A stretch of DNA of 64,000 nucleotides from Macrostomum lignano (lineage: Eukaryota): contig NIVC01002511.1 of the NCBI GenBank assembly GCA_002269645.1, positions 62,001-126,000 on the forward strand, read 5' to 3'. The position numbers and the translations under genes were made by a program. Shown in pieces: positions 1 to 15,000 of the stretch. Every line of letters begins with the position of its first letter. Within the stretch, counting starts at the first letter, position 1. The notes beneath the pieces were generated by a model. It worked only from the letters and a program-made list of their open reading frames with translations, did not search any database and was not told where the DNA came from.

Positions 1-974
1 TTCGATGTATGATATGATTACTTGATAATATCTGCTTTCGAATGTGATTTGTTCCTATTAATATCATGTGTAAATCGATATTCAAGAAATGAACAAAGTG
101 GAAGTTTGAATTTTGTACTTTATTTCCTCGATTGGATCAACTATGAGTTAAAACTATCTTAATTACAGCTTTATATGTTTCACTATTTGTTATAATGCAG
201 AGTTTTTATTACTGACAAAAATTGCAAAAAATATAATCAAAACACTTTCTTAAGTGTTCAATTTTAATATATATGGCGTCTAGCATTGTGTTTTTATGCT
301 GTGTTGCTTATGCACTAAATTCAATTTCATTGAAGTCTTTAATAGTTCTTTATATCTAATAGTTCTTTAATAGTTCTTTATTTAAGTCTTTAATAGTTAG
401 TTATGAACTTATGACCCATTCAAAGTGCGGGCTATGACGTATTTTTAGACTCGGGCTATGACCCATTTACAGAAGCGGGTATGACACATTCACGAAAAAC
501 TAGCTATGACCCATTTACAGAGGCGGGTAATGACCCATTCACAGAGGCGGGCTATGACCAAGCTCAGTGGATTTGCTGATTACGATTACAGTTTTGTTTG
601 CTGATTAACGAGCTATTATATTGTAATATCCAGGATCTGGTTAGGCTATGGCTCTTCCAAGTGAGTTTATGACTCATTCTAATTCTCAGAATGAATGAGG
701 CTTCAGCGTTTTCATGAAAAAAGACATTCGGCTACGCACTGTCAATAGAAATCGAGCTTGCCCCAATTAGTGGCTGGCGGCCTCGATCTGATTAGTTTTG
801 CGCACATCATTCTACTATCTCTACTGCCAATAGTGCAAGCCGCGCATCGCTAACGGACTTGATCCGTCGTAGATGGCTGGCCGAGAGAAATCCCAATCTA
901 CGAGTAGACACATGACACCCCAGCGAAAACCACCAGTGACCGCTGGACAAAGAAGCTGGGCAAGCAGACAGAAG

Positions 975-1198
975 TCAGTTAATTAGCTATTTAACTGGTT
1001 GGTTTGTTAGTTAATTAATTAGTTAATTAGTTAACTCGTTGGCTAGTTAATTCGTTAGTTAGTTAGCTAGTTAGTTAGTTAATTAGTTAGTCAGTTAGTT
1101 TGTTAGCTAGTTAATTAGTTAGTCAGTTAGTTAGTTAATTAGTTAGTTAATTAATTAATTAGTTAGTTAGTTAGTTAATTAATTAGTTAGTTAGTTAA

Positions 1199-1243
<45 letters not shown>

Positions 1244-1382
1244 CAATTAGTTAGTTAGTTAGTTAATTAGTTAGTTAGTTAGTTAGTTAGTTAATTAATT
1301 AGTTAGTTAATTAGTTAGTTAATTAGTTAGTTAGTTAGTTAGTTAATTAATTAGTTAGTTACTTAGTTAGTTAGTTAGTTAA

Positions 1383-1413
<31 letters not shown>

Positions 1414-1418
1414 ATTAA

Positions 1419-1465
<47 letters not shown>

Positions 1466-1486
1466 ATCAGTCAGTCAGTCAGTCAG
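975..1486. repeat. (TTAG)n/(TTAA) microsatellite
   Basis: About 500 bp of AGTT units with TTAA variants, ending in (CAGT)n. Confidence 0.95.
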
Positions 1487-1927
1487 ACCAGTTTTATTTT
1501 TAGTCGCGAAAGTCGGACGCGTTGCCGCAAAATTTATGATTTATTACTTTTTCCTGCTCAGTTGTTATGCTAGCGGAAAAGTTTTATTCATAAATCTGCT
1601 AAATACACTGTAAAAAGTTGTTTTTCAAGATTACGAGTACAATTGCTTTTGGTTTATGAGCCCTCACAATAGAAAAAGGTGCGCAATATGTTTGTTTTCT
1701 GGTTTGTTTTGACTTTTGACTTCGACTTTCTCTGTATATATTAATCTTTGATGTAAACCCACCTTGTGCTTGTATTAACAATTAGGTTCTTGCGCAGGAC
1801 ACCTGGAGTTCGAGTATGGAGACATCTGGATTGGAAACTGACAGTGGGGGTATTGTTTCAGATATGTTAGGATTAAAATTTCATTAGGATTAATAAAAAG
1901 CTCTGTGGCTTATTTGCATGGTTACTA

Positions 1928-2200
1928 GGTTGTAGCCTAGCATGATCAGAGCGTCGGACTCACGACTTGAAGGTCGGGGGTTCGATTCCCGATCCCACTG
2001 GAACAATTTGTGTCCTTGAGCAGGACACTTAAGTACTCTGCATTGCTTCAGTTCATCCAGCTGTAAAATGGGTGCCAGCATTAGCTGGGGTAATTGAGGG
2101 TGTGGCGACCCCCCAGTCCTTGGACTGAACAGCCGTACGCAGTCTTCAGCTGCGGCTGAGCTGTCGGTCGCACATCTGGCCCAATGGGGGCATGTGTAAT
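1928..2200 (+). mobile_element. tRNA-derived SINE with CORE-like central domain
   Basis: A-box-like GTAGCCTAGCATG and B-box GGTTCGATTCC (~1979-1989), followed by GTGTCCTTGAGCAGGACACTTAA...CAGTT...CTGTAAAATGGG. This resembles the MIR/CORE consensus (GTGACCTTGGGCAAGTCACTTAA...CTGTAAAATGGG). The 3' limit is approximate. Confidence 0.7.
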
Positions 2201-3030
2201 CAATTATTATTAAAATTATCAGTGGCTATATGCAATTTATTTGACAAGAAACTGTAAGAAGTTGAGAAATATTTTGCACGTTCTTGAAGTTCTTACTTCC
2301 TAGACACTTCATCTAGAAATCCATGACTGAGAGATGGAGGGTGAGATGATGAGGGTCAGAGAGCATCTAGAGCCCGCAGCGTCTTGAGCTTTTGCCAGAT
2401 CGCATCCTGGTTACCTGAACTCAATTCAGACTGCAGCATCCAGACCCAGTTGATGAGGCATTGTTGGGCAGCTCATTCTTCTCCTTCATATTCTTTAGTG
2501 CAAGCGCTCCGTTGAGCATACTGGGTAGACTTTGCGATCGGCTGTGCACATTTCCACCGGCATATAAATATTGCTACGATACAGGATTCAATCCTGACAT
2601 TTAATCAGCTGCTGGCACACTAATAAACAGTTTTATTAGACTTTGGCAACTAATTCGGAAATTTCGGTAAGGAATCAATCAATGTTCTTGTCTAGGAAAT
2701 GTCTCCCCAAGTGCATTTCGAATCTTACCATGTAACTTTTAAACTTTCACGACATCGACTTAATATCAACGGACCTTAGAGGCCTACTTTCAACGATTTA
2801 AGCTACCAATCCAGGTTTGAGTCCTTGTTTATTTAGTTAGCTTCCAGTTCAGGCAGCTTTAAGAGTCCATCGTTATAGCTTATCCTTTTAGCTTTCCAAT
2901 CCACGTAGTTTAAGAGTCCATGGTTATAGCTGATCCGGATAGCTTTCCAGTCCACGTAGTTGAGTGATCCATGGTTACAGCTAATCAATACGCGGCGATA
3001 AAAAATTCCCAAATTAGACTTCGATTCGAC

Positions 3031-6000
3031 ATGCCCACCGCGTCGAGCTCGGCCAGCAGCAGCCGGCCAGGGACTGCGAAATCCATGCAAGCCCAGCAGC
3101 AGCAGAGATCGGCCAGCAGCAGCCGGCCAGGGACTGCGAAATCCATGCAAGCCCAGCAGCAGCAGAAATCGGCCAGAGCTCAACGATTGTCAGCCAAATC
3201 GACTCGTCAGTCGTCCGATCCGCTGGCTTCGTCGGCTTCAGCCGCTGCAAACGACGCAGGCGGAGACGCGGCATCGGCTTCGACTTCAAGAGCCGTTGGT
3301 GGCGGCGGCGGCAAATTGCAATTCAAACACGAGACTGCGTCGCGGGGCACCGCCCTGTCTGGCAGCGGGTCACAGTTTTCATGTGAGAAAAAAGAGGCCC
3401 GTTCATAATGCATATGATGTGTGTTTTAGTTTTTAGTTGACACTAATGCTGACACTAATTCTGACACTAATGCTGACACTAATGCTGACACTAATTTTGA
3501 CACTAATCCTGACACTGATGCTGACACTAATGCTGACACTAATTCTGACACTAATGCTGACACTAATGCTGACACTAATGCTGACACTAATGCTGACACT
3601 AATGCTGACACTAATTCTGACACTAATGCTGACACTAATGCTGACACTAATTCTGACACTAATGCTGACACTAATTCTGACACTAATGCTGACACTAATT
3701 CTGACACTGATGCTGACACTAATGCTGACACTAATTCTGACACTGATGCTGACACTAATGCTGACACTAACGCTGACACTGAAACCCACATTCGCCCACG
3801 GAGCAGTGAGCAGCTCACTCAGCCTGCTCAATCGCAACGGCGCAGCGGCGGAGCAGGAGCGCCAGAAAACCGATCACAACCTTCGCAGCCTGCTGGTGCA
3901 GTCGCTTCGCGAGGTCAGTCGTCAGAAGCTGCGCTCCTTCCTGACGGCTCTGCGCACCGCGGCCAGCTCTGAAGGCGAACTGGCCAAAGCCGAACTCCAA
4001 CGCCTGGTGACGGAGCAGAAGCTGCCGTTGAACGATCGACTTCAGAGCCTCCTGGCTCGAACCTGCGACGTTGACAACGGCGAGACCGGCGTCATTGACT
4101 ACGAGAAGCTGGCCGACTGTCTGGGCAAAGCGCACCGAATGACCCGGCGAGACAGCGTCGAGGCCGCCCAGGAGACCGAGATCACCACCACGGAGATGCT
4201 GCGAGAGGACGACCGCGACCAAGAGCTGGTGATGCGAGCGGTTGAGCACTTTGTGACGCATCACAACTACTTTGACATCCCGGCGTTGAAAGCCGACCTG
4301 CAGCAGCGTGACACGGACAAGAGGGGTCGCATCGCCAGGGCTGAGGTACGGCGACTAAGGAGAGATGGGGAGAGGGGTGGGCAGAGGGGTGGGAAGAGGG
4401 ATGAGGAGAGGGGTGGGAGAGGGGTGGGGAGAGGGGTGGGGAGAGGGGTGGGGAGAGGGGTGGGGAGAGGGATGGGGAGAGGGGTAGGGGTAGGGAGAGG
4501 GGTGGGGAGAGGGATGGGGAGAGGGGTAGGGGTAGGGAGAGGGGTGGGGAGAGGGGTGGGGAGAGGGGTGGGGAGAGGGGTGGGGAGAGGGGTGGGGAGA
4601 GGGGTGGGGAGAGGGGTGGGGAGAGGGGTGGGGAGAGGGGTGGGGAGAGGGGTGGGGAGAGGGGTGGGGAGAGGGGTGGGGAGAGGGGTGGGGAGAGGGG
4701 TGGGGAGAGGGTGGGGAGAGGGGTGGGGAGAGGAGTGGGGAGAGGGGTGGGGAGAGGGGTGGGGAGAGGGGTGGGGAGAGGGGTGGGGAGAGGGGTGGGG
4801 AGAGGGATGGGGAGAGGGGTGGGGAGAGGGATGGGGAGAGGGGTAGGGGTAGGGAGAGGGGTGGGGAGAGTGGTGGGGAGAAGGGTAGGGAGAGATTTAA
4901 GGAGAGATGTGGAGGAAGGGTGGGAAAAGGGTTAGGGGTAGGGAGAAGGGTGGGGAGAGATCTGGGGAGAGGTGTGGGAGAGAGGTGGGAAGAAGGGTAA
5001 GGAAAGGTGTAGCCAGAGGTATAAGACAGGTATTGGACAATCTGCATTTATCCAAATGCCAATCTGCATGCGAAGATTGTGGAATCCTGCGCCAAGCACG
5101 ACTGCCCGGTGTACGGAGCCGTGTTCAACAGTCTGCTGAAACGGTGCGATCCAGAGAGAAACGATTTCATCAGGTGAGCTGCATGGCTCAAACAAAACGG
5201 TCAGAACTGACTCAAACAAGCCAAATAATCTGACAATTTGCAACCAAACCTCAGCTGGCCCGAGTTCACCAGTTTTCTCGAACGGGCCCAGGAGACATTC
5301 TTCGAGCACGTGCCCGACGCGCCTCGGGTGGCCCCGGAAAAGCAGAACACGCCAACCACTGCTCGAATGGAGATGCAGAGCAAGTTGAAGAGTTTGGCTT
5401 GGAAGGTAGATGCTTGCTTTTATTGTCAGCATTAATTTGGTTTCATTGTATTTTTTGCGTTTACTATTTCTTATAATAAGTAATTTCTCTGTACTCTAAT
5501 AGAGGGTAGAGGGGAGAGAGGGGAGAGGGAATAGAGGGTGGAGGGGAGAGAGAGTAGAGGGAGAGAGGGTAGAGGGGAGCGAGGGGAGAGGGGAGAGAGG
5601 GTAGAGGGGAGAGAGGGGAGAGAGGGGAGAGGGGAGAGAGGGTAGAGGGAGAGAGCGTAGAGGGGAGAGAGGGTAGAGGGGAGCGAAGGTGAGGGAAGAG
5701 AGGGTAGAGGGGAGAGAGGGGAGAGGGAATAGAGGGTGGAGGGGAGAGAGAGTAGAGGGAGAGAGGGTAGAGGGAGCGAGGGGAGAGGGGAGAGAGGTAG
5801 AGGGGAGAGAGGGGAGAGAGGGGAGAGGGGAGAGAGGGTAGAGGGGAGCGAAGGTGAGGGAAGAGAGGGTAGAGGGGAGAGAGGGGAGAGGGAATAGAGG
5901 GTAAAGGGGAGAGAGAGTAGAGGGAGAGAGGGTAGAGGGGAGAGAGGGGAGAGGGGAGAGAGGGTAGAGGGGAGAGAGGGGAGAGGGGAGAGAGGGTAGA

Positions 6001-9000
6001 AGTAAGAGAGGGTAGAGGGGAGCGAAGGTGAGGGAAGAGAGGGTAGAGGGGAGAGAGGGGAGAGGGGAAGGGTGAAGAGAGGCAAGAGGGGAATGGCAGA
6101 AGAGAGAGGTTGAGGGGAGAGGCAGACGGCATAGGGTGAAATAGTATTGGACTGAGTGGTACCACATTTGTCCCAAAGCATATCACATTGCAGCTCCGTG
6201 AAGGAACGATTTCCACCGAATGGAACCATAGAGAAACCAAAAGTTTGTCTTTTAAAAACTTCTTCTCTTTATCATTTTTGCATCGACAGGCAATTTCTCG
6301 GAAACTCGCCAATGGATTCTTATAAAATTTAGGCTAAATTTCTAGGAAACTCACCAATGGATTCTTATAAAATTTAGGCTAAATTTCTAGGAAACTCGCC
6401 AATGGATTCTTATAAAATTTAGGTTAAATTTCTAGGAAACTCGCCAATGGATTCTTATAAAATTTAGGCTAAATTTCTAGGAAACTCGCCAATGGATTCT
6501 TATAAAATTTAGGCTAAATTTCTAGGAAACTCGCCAATGGATTCTTATAAAATTTAGGCTAAAATATGAAACTCTCCGATCCATTTTACCTGACTAAAAT
6601 AGCCAAAGAGTCTATTGAAATAAGGATATAAGTCAATGCACGAATACTGCAATATTCAGGCGCGAAATATGGACCCGGTTAAAGAGGCTGGCAATGAGAC
6701 ATCTGCTGCTTCAGGCAACTCCAGTTTGCTCAGCAAGTTGAAGAAGTCGCAGTCGCAGCAGTCCCAGGTGGCACCGCTGAATGAATTACTGAAAATGATT
6801 AAATAGATGCAAGCAAATCACCGCCGCCAATCTCCCTCTAGAGTTTGCTGCCATAGGAGCTGAAATCTGGCTTAGATTGCTCAGACTGTCTGCGTTTGTC
6901 CTAAGTTTTTAAATGCCTCTGGTATTATTTGAACGGGCAGCATGATCCTCAGTTGCTGGGCCAGCCTCCCAGATCCTCAGTTGCTGGGCCAGCCTCCCAG
7001 ATCCTCAGTTTCTGGGCCAGCCTCCCAGATCCTCAGTTGCGGGGCCAGCCTCCCTGATCCTCAGTTTCTGGGCCAGCCTCCCAGATCCTCAGTTGCTGGG
7101 CCAGCCTCCCAGATCCTCAGTTTCTGGGCCAGCCTCGAGATCCTCAGTTGCTGGGCCAGCCTCCCAGATCCTCAGTTTCTGGGCCAGCCTCCCAGATCCT
7201 CAGTTTCTGGGCCAGCCTCCCAGATCCTCAGTTGCTGGGCCAGCCTCCCAGATCCTCAGTTTCTGGGCCAGCCTCCCAGAGTGTCAGTTGCTGGGCCAGC
7301 CTCCCAGAGTGTCAGTTGCTGGGCCAGCCTCCCAGAGTGTCAGTTGCTGGGCCAGCCTCCCAGATCCTCAGTTTCTGGGCCAGCCTCCCAGAGTGTCAGT
7401 TGCTGGGCCAGCCTCCCAGAGTGTCAGTTGCTGGGCCAGCCTCCCAGATCCTCAGTTTCTGGGCCAGCCTCCCAGATCCTCAGTTGCTAGGCCAGCCTCC
7501 CAGAGTGTCAGTTGCTGGGCCAGCCTCCCAGATCCTGAGTTGCTGAGCCAGCCTCCCAGATCCTCAGTCGCTGGGCCAGCCTCCCAGATCCTCAGTTGCT
7601 GGGCCAGCCTCCCAGATCCTCAGTTGCTGGGCCAGCCTCCCAGATCCTCATTTGCTGAGCTGCCACATTTCCATAACAATACCTATAGCTCATACGTTTA
7701 TTACCGTTCTGGACCTGGTGCAATGCGCTCGTTCAGGTATTTACAGCACAACCACCTATTCAGTTTTATAATTTGCTTCAGTTGGTCCGGATAATATAAG
7801 TTTTTTGGTTATTGTTTTTAAAGCTTAATTTGCTAGATGTAACCCTGTGTACTTAAGGTACAGTTATACCTTCTTATAAGTTATTTTTTGCAAGCGAATG
7901 AACTTTTTATAGCTCGTATGTAATCTAATTTTATTTGATTTTATTTTTGATATACTGAGCTCAATTTCCTAGAATAATTTATTTACAAATATGCTGTTTA
8001 TTTCGATAAAAAAACTGTAACAACTTCTATTTTATTGCTTTTCAAAGCGACGAGAGGACGCTTTGAAGGCGGCCGCCGCGCAGCAGGCTGCTAACAGCCT
8101 TCTGTCCTCGTCGGGTGACGTCATTCGTGTGACGTCACCGCTGACGACGACGCAACAGCAGCTCCAGATGGACGAGGGAGGCGGAGGCGGTGGAGAAAGT
8201 GGCGTCTCGGATGCCAGTAAAAATGGAAAAGCCGCTCTACTCAGAGGCATAAAAAGTAAGTTTGTGAATTTTATTGCTCACGAAAATGGTGTTGTCTGAT
8301 AAAGAAACTTTTTTATTTTACTAACACTTATAAGTGCCGTCATTTCCCCATGCCCTCGAGGCCACAGATAACACAAGTTAGAGAGCCGCCTCCATCCCAG
8401 AGCCCTCTCAATTCAAGACCCACTACGAAGCGCCCGCCACCCCACAACACTCTCAACCCTACTGCGCCCACCACCCCACAACACTCTCAACCCTACTGCG
8501 CCCACCACCCCACAACACTCTCAACCCTACTGCGCCCACCACCCCACAACACTCTCAACCCTACTGCGCCCACCACCCCACAACACTCTCAACCCTACTG
8601 CGCCCGCCACCCCACAACACTCTCAACCGCACTGCGCCCACTACCCCACAACACTCTCAACCCCACTGCGCCCACCACCCCACAACACTCTCAACCGCAC
8701 TGCGCCCGCCACCCCACAACACTCTCAACCGCACTGCGCCCACTACCCCACAACACTCTCAACCCCACTGCACCCGCCACTCCACAACACTCTACCACAC
8801 AGCGCCCAACACCCCACGACACTCAACCACATTGGCGTGCTCCACTCCACGCCACTTCGGCCCTTAAGCTCCAATCACCCCACGACACTCAGCCCCACTG
8901 CGCCAGGCAGCCCACGACACTTACATTCATACATGTAATTTACGTCTTTTATAAAGATTTTTTATTTGCTCTAATCCTATTAAAAAGGCTATATTGTGTT

Positions 9001-12000
9001 TTTGATATTTACAACAAAAGCTAGTTTATTCAAGATCCAATTAATTTACATAATATTTAGAAATGAAAGCACTGGAGTTATTCTTTCGACTCGGTAAGTT
9101 CAACACGCTTGTATCGTCACATTAAAGCCTATTTTCTACTTGAAAAATTATGTCAACTTTGTCAAGTATTCCTTTGAGAAATAGAAAGATTCTCTGGCTG
9201 GGCCACCGCCCCCCTCGGATCCAGGCACTCACTGCCGCTCATCCCAATCCTCAGGCTTTCCTACCGACATCCAGGCTTTACTTTTGACCTCCCCAGCTCA
9301 CCAGCCGATCCTCTCAGACATCCACAGCGCATCCCAGAAAGCGCTGAGCGCAACCGAAGTTTTCAGTTTCGAATTTTAATTCGACTTCCTCCGAATCATC
9401 AGGTGCCGGCTCAGGCGGCGGCGGCGGCGGCAAATCCGGCAGTCCAACCGCCGCCTCGTCGCCCGCCCCGTCTCCGGCGCACCGAAACCGGCCGACGTCA
9501 GCCGCCTCTGCCAGTTCGTCGGCGACGCGGCCGAACTCCGCCAGCCCCAACCGCCTGCTCGGCGCGCCCACTCCGCCGACTCCTAAGCTTAAAGCAACGG
9601 CGACGCCGCGGTCCCCGCCGCGACAGACGCCGCCTGCTGCCAACAAGTCGGCAAACGACGTCGAGGAGGTGGAACAGATTGGCCCGCTGCCAGCTGGCGC
9701 GATGACCGCTCGAGTCCGCGGCAGCGTCCGGGTGGCCGTCTGCCCGTCGGGATTCGAGCCCGGGTCCGCGTCGAACGACCTGCCGCATCAGCGACTGCAA
9801 CTGGACTGGGTGTAGGTTCTGTTTGCGGAGCTTTTTGGGATTTCAGGCTTGGAATTTCGGATTTGGGATCTGAGATATGGAATTGGGGATGTGGGATTTG
9901 GGATTTGGGTGTTGGTTTTGGGATTTAGGATTCAGGATGTGAAACCTAAAATTTAGGATCTAGAATTTAGAGTCTTGGGAATTGTATTTGGGACTTAATA
10001 TCCGTGATCTGAGGTCATAGATTTGGAAGTTGGGATCTGAGATCTGGGATCTGAAATCTGGGATCTGTGATGTGGGATCAGGATTTGGGATCTGGGAGTT
10101 GGGATCTGGGATCTGAAATGTGGGATAGGTACTCGGGTGGCGCACAAGTCTTGCCGTTTAAGCTATGGCTCTGCTAATAATAGCTATTATTCCATATTTT
10201 TCACTCAAATCAAAAATGGTCATAAACAAAACAGCTGCTAAAAAAACTGGCTTGCTACGAGAAAAACTCACTCAAAGTCAGACTTAAAACCATTGAGTGT
10301 CTATAGGGCATGCAACGAGCCTAAGGAAAAGCGCAGTCGAAGCTGGAGCCTGACAGGACGATGCTCGGCCGCATGTTGCACGACTCTTTCAGGGATTCCT
10401 CTGTCACCGTAATTTGGAAGAGCCCCTACAGTCCCGATCTGAACCTGCGTGACCGATTTCTGTTCCTCTGGCTGAAGAACGCACACCGCGGCATGACCTT
10501 CAACAGCTGTCAAGAGGTTGAAGAGGCCTCGTTGCAGGTGTTGCGGAGCATCTCCGAAAGTGCCCGTCCGAGACCAGGTGGATCTGCTCATGGACCACTG
10601 CCAGCGCGTGATTACAGACAATGGACACTGTGCTACTGATTAGAGTTAAAATATTTCATGTTTTTACCGGTTTGCTTGTCTAGAGGTACTGACGACAAAA
10701 CTTTTGTTCCACCTGTAGTATTTGGGATCTGAGATCTGGAATGTGGGATCGGGATTTGAGATCTGGGAGTAGGGATCTGAAATCTGGGATTTCGGATCGG
10801 GATTTGGAATCTGGGATCTCAGATCAATGGGATGCCGGATCGGGATTTGGGATTGGGATTTGTGCTCTGAAATCCCAGTTTTGAAATCAGAAAATTCAGC
10901 CTGTTTTCATTATAAATTTTGCTCCCCAAACATGGTGCCCCAATGTCCCGTCACATGTTCCTTCACAGATACGGTTACCGTGGCAACGACTGTCGCAGCA
11001 ACATCCACGCGCTGCGCACGCAGGAGATTGTGTACTTTAGCGGCCACCTGGTGGTTATCCTCAACCTGGAGGAGAATCAGCAGCGGCACTACCGAGAGCA
11101 CACAGCGGATGTGCAGTGGTGAGACTTCTGTATCCTTTTTGTTCACTCCTATAACTGTATTCAATAATTCTCAAATCGCAATTCATAATTCATAATTTTC
11201 AAATCCCAATTCATAATTCTAATACCCAAGTCATAATTCTAATATCCCAATTCATAATTCTCAAATCCCAATTCATAGTTTTTGAATCCAAACTCATAAT
11301 TCTCAAATCCAATTTCCTTATCAACAACCCCGTCTCGAATTCGCAGTCTCTCAGTTCACTCAGACGGGCTAACAGTGGCCAGCGGTCAAGGCCAAGGTCA
11401 TCGAAAGCCCACCGAGCGGCCGTGTATTCGAGTATGGCGCTCGGACACCTTGGAGACGCTTAGCGTCCTTGGCGACGGACAATTTCACGGTTCAGTTGTT
11501 GGTTTGGCCTTTTGCAAGCCTTCGGTGAGTTGAGGGATTCAGCTTTGTTCTTTGCAAGTATTTTTTCTGCGCAATATGTCCCCGTGTTCTACTGTTAGTA
11601 GAAATATAGGAAAAATATTCTTGTCGAAGCGAAAAATTGGTCAAACTCTCGTATTCGGAATTTCCGCCCCCTTCAAATGGAATCTCCGCCCCTTCACCCG
11701 AATCTCCTCCACCTTCACTGGAATCTCCGCCTCCTTCAACTGGAATCTCCTCCACCTTCACTGGAATCTCCGCCCCCTTCAACTGGAATCTGCGCCCCCT
11801 TCACCGGAATCTCCGCCCCTCCAACTGGAATCTCCGCCCCTTCAACTGGAATCTCCTCCACCTTCACTGGAATCTCCGCCCCCTTCAACTGGAATCTGCG
11901 CCCCCTTCACCGGAATCTCCGCCCCTCCAACTGGAATCTCCGCCCCTTCAACTGGAATCTCCACCCCTTCACGTGAATCTCTGCACACAATCGAATCCCG

Positions 12001-15000
12001 CCAATCATTGTGAACTCAGTTTCAGCTTCCCCTGGAAAGCGACATCAGCGTCGACGATCTGAGGGTAAATTTGTTCAAGCTTTTGATTCTTTTGATTGTT
12101 GAATTTTATTGATTTCTGGTGTTTTGTAGCTGGACCTGTAGTTCACAAACTGACTTATTAATTCACTTAATTATAGGTAAATCGGTAGATTAACCGCTCA
12201 GTGATTTACGGTTGTCAGCTGAGCTAATAATAGTTAGACCAAGCCTAGCCCCCACCCAGAAGCCTCTCGTATTGCAACATTTCTTTGCCCACCTTGAAAG
12301 CTTTTCATGTCATACTCTATACTTTCTACTTATCAGTAGGCAAACTCTAATAATAAATAAAGTAATAATTTTATGCTGGAATTTTCATTCGATTTTTTTC
12401 GTAAAGTTTTCCTAAAACTTTGCTTAGGAATTGCAGCGCGTCCTGCTAGTACTCGTATGTCTTTGTCTGGTTAGTTGTACATAGAGAGATATAGACAAAA
12501 TCAATAAAAATAGACATTATACAAAGCTTACTAAGTATTAATCACTGTTGCCAATTCTCCAACCGAAGGACCGCCTGCTAAGCATCTCAGACCCGCCTGA
12601 GCATATGATTGCTCTTTGGGACTCAAAGCGTCATTCGTTAATCGCCTCAAGCCCTCTCGGCACGGACATCATGTGCGACTGCGACGTGAATCCTCAGGAT
12701 CCAAATCTGTTTGTCACCGTTGGCAGAGATCACACAGTCTGGTGGGAATATAGCGAAGCTCTGGGCGCCATCAACATCAAAGCTGCCGGCGAGTATCAAA
12801 CATTCTTCAAGGCTCGCTACGTTGTCAGCTTGTTGCACAATAGACAGGGCGACCTGGTCACTGGGGACTCCAATGGCAACGTCTACGTGTGGGGCGGCGG
12901 CGGCAACCTTATCACTAATTATATCAAACATGCCCACGAGGTTTGTCTGGCTGCTGGAGAGCGCGATTCCAATTCGACACATTTTCTCCCGCCACCACCC
13001 CAATCCGACACCCCTTCCACCGCCACCACCCTAATCTGACACCCCTTCCCCCGACACCACCCTAATCACACACACCTTCCCCGGACACCACCCTAATCTG
13101 ACACCCCTTCACCCGCCACCCCAATCTGACACCCCTTCCCCCGCCACTACAATCCGACACTCCTTCCACCACCACCACCCCAATCCGACACCCCTTCCAC
13201 TGTCACCACCCCAATCCAACACCCCTTCCCCCGCCACTACAATCCGACACTCCTTCCACCACCACCACCCCAATCCGACACCCCTTCCACTGTCACCACC
13301 CCAATCCAACACCCCTTCCCCCGCCACTACAATCCGACACTCCTTCCACCACCACCACCCCAATCCGACACCCCTTCCACTGTCACCACCCCAATCCAAC
13401 ACCCCTTCCCCCGCCACCCCAATCCGACACCCCTTCCCCCTTTCCAAACTCCAGCTCACTCGCCCACTACCTCGCTCTCCAGGGTCCGGTGTTCTCTCTC
13501 TGCTTGTACCGCGGCTGGCTTCTAACAGGCGGTCGCGACAGCGCCCTCCGCTGCTGGCAGTGGGGCCGAAATATGGACCGAGTGTCGGAGCTTCGCCTGC
13601 CAGTCACGGAGGGCGCGCCCCGGTGCATTCGCGCCCATCGCGGCGCCGAAGTGGACCGTCTGATTGTTGGCACAACGGCAAACTCCATGCTTGACTGTCC
13701 GCTCTGTCCCGAGCCGGGCTTGGCCCCGCTGGAAGGAGTCGCTTTTTGCGACGTGCCAATCACTCAGGGTCACTACGATCAACTGCAGAGCCTGAGTCTG
13801 GTGCCCGGGCATGAATCTTTGTTCATCACCGCGGGATACGACAGCCAGGTGTGCATCTTTAATGCCGACAATCATAGCAGCGTGCAGAAAACTGTGCTAA
13901 AGGTGAGAGCCACACTGGCTAACTGAGTTTCTGTAGCTCTGATTTGTGCTTACTTTTATTTCTACTTTTAGTAGGAAAGAAAGCGTGTGTGAATAATATT
14001 TATATCTTGAGATATGATTGACTGACAGTTTACACCAATTGTTGACCTGTTTACAGAAAAAGTGTATTACCTACGCCAGCTGGGACGAGAGCAGCACCAT
14101 TATATTTGGCACGAGAAATGGCGAGATTATCATTCTGTACGAGGAGAATAGCAATCTGGTTGAACTGTTTAAAAGTAGCATTGCTTATTGCAAAGTGTCC
14201 GCGATCGCCATGTCGCATAGTGAGTTGCTTGATGTTTTAGCCGCGGTAGCTAGCACAGTGGTGCAGAGGTCCTAGGAGGGCACCCCCACTCCTAATCGGC
14301 CCCAAAAGGTATCCACCTGCCCAAGATATATAGGGGCGCCCACCAAGAATAGAACGGTTATAGAACGGCAGCGGTAGTCATTTGATGTTATAGAATGGTA
14401 GCGGTAGTCCTTTGATGTTATAGAACGGTAGCGGTAGTCCTTTGATGTTATAGAATGGTAGCGGTAGTCCTTTGATGTTATAGAACGGTAGCGGTAGTCT
14501 TTTGATGTTATAGAACGATAGCGGTAGTCCTTTGATGTTATAGAACGGTAGCGGTAGTCCTTTGATGTCATAGAACGGTAGCGGTAGTCCTTTGATGTTA
14601 TAGAACGGTAGCGGTAGTCCTTTGATGTTATAGAACGGTAGCGGTAGTCCTTTGATGTTATAGAACGGTAGCGGTAGTCCTTTGATGTTATAGAACGGTA
14701 GCGGTGGTCCTTTGATGTCATAGAACGGTAGCGGTAGTCCTTTGATGTTATAGAACGGTAGCGGTAGTCCTTTGAGGCTATACATGTAGAACGGCAGCGG
14801 TAGTCATTTGATGTTATAGAATGGTAGCGGTAGTCCATTGATGTTATAGAACGGTAGCGGTAGTCCTTTGATGTTATAGAACGGTAGCGGTAGTCCTTTG
14901 ATGTTATAGAATGGTAGCGGTAGTCCTTTGATGTTATAGAACGGTAGCGGTAGTCCTTTGATGTCATAGAACGGTAGCGGTAGTCCTTTGATGTTATAGA

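Noticed and set aside
630-960. Splice-like signals (CAG|...|GTGAGT) and unique GC-richer sequence before the TTAG array
   Set aside because: No coherent ORF; could be UTR exons or a retroposon 3' end, neither supportable from this window.
975-1486. Possible telomeric repeat
   Set aside because: The unit is TTAG, not TTAGGG or TTAGG; treated as an interstitial microsatellite.
3426-4935. 469-aa ORF 3437-4846 and overlapping ORFs
   Set aside because: Only ~3807-4345 is coding (exon 2); both flanks are translated minisatellites.
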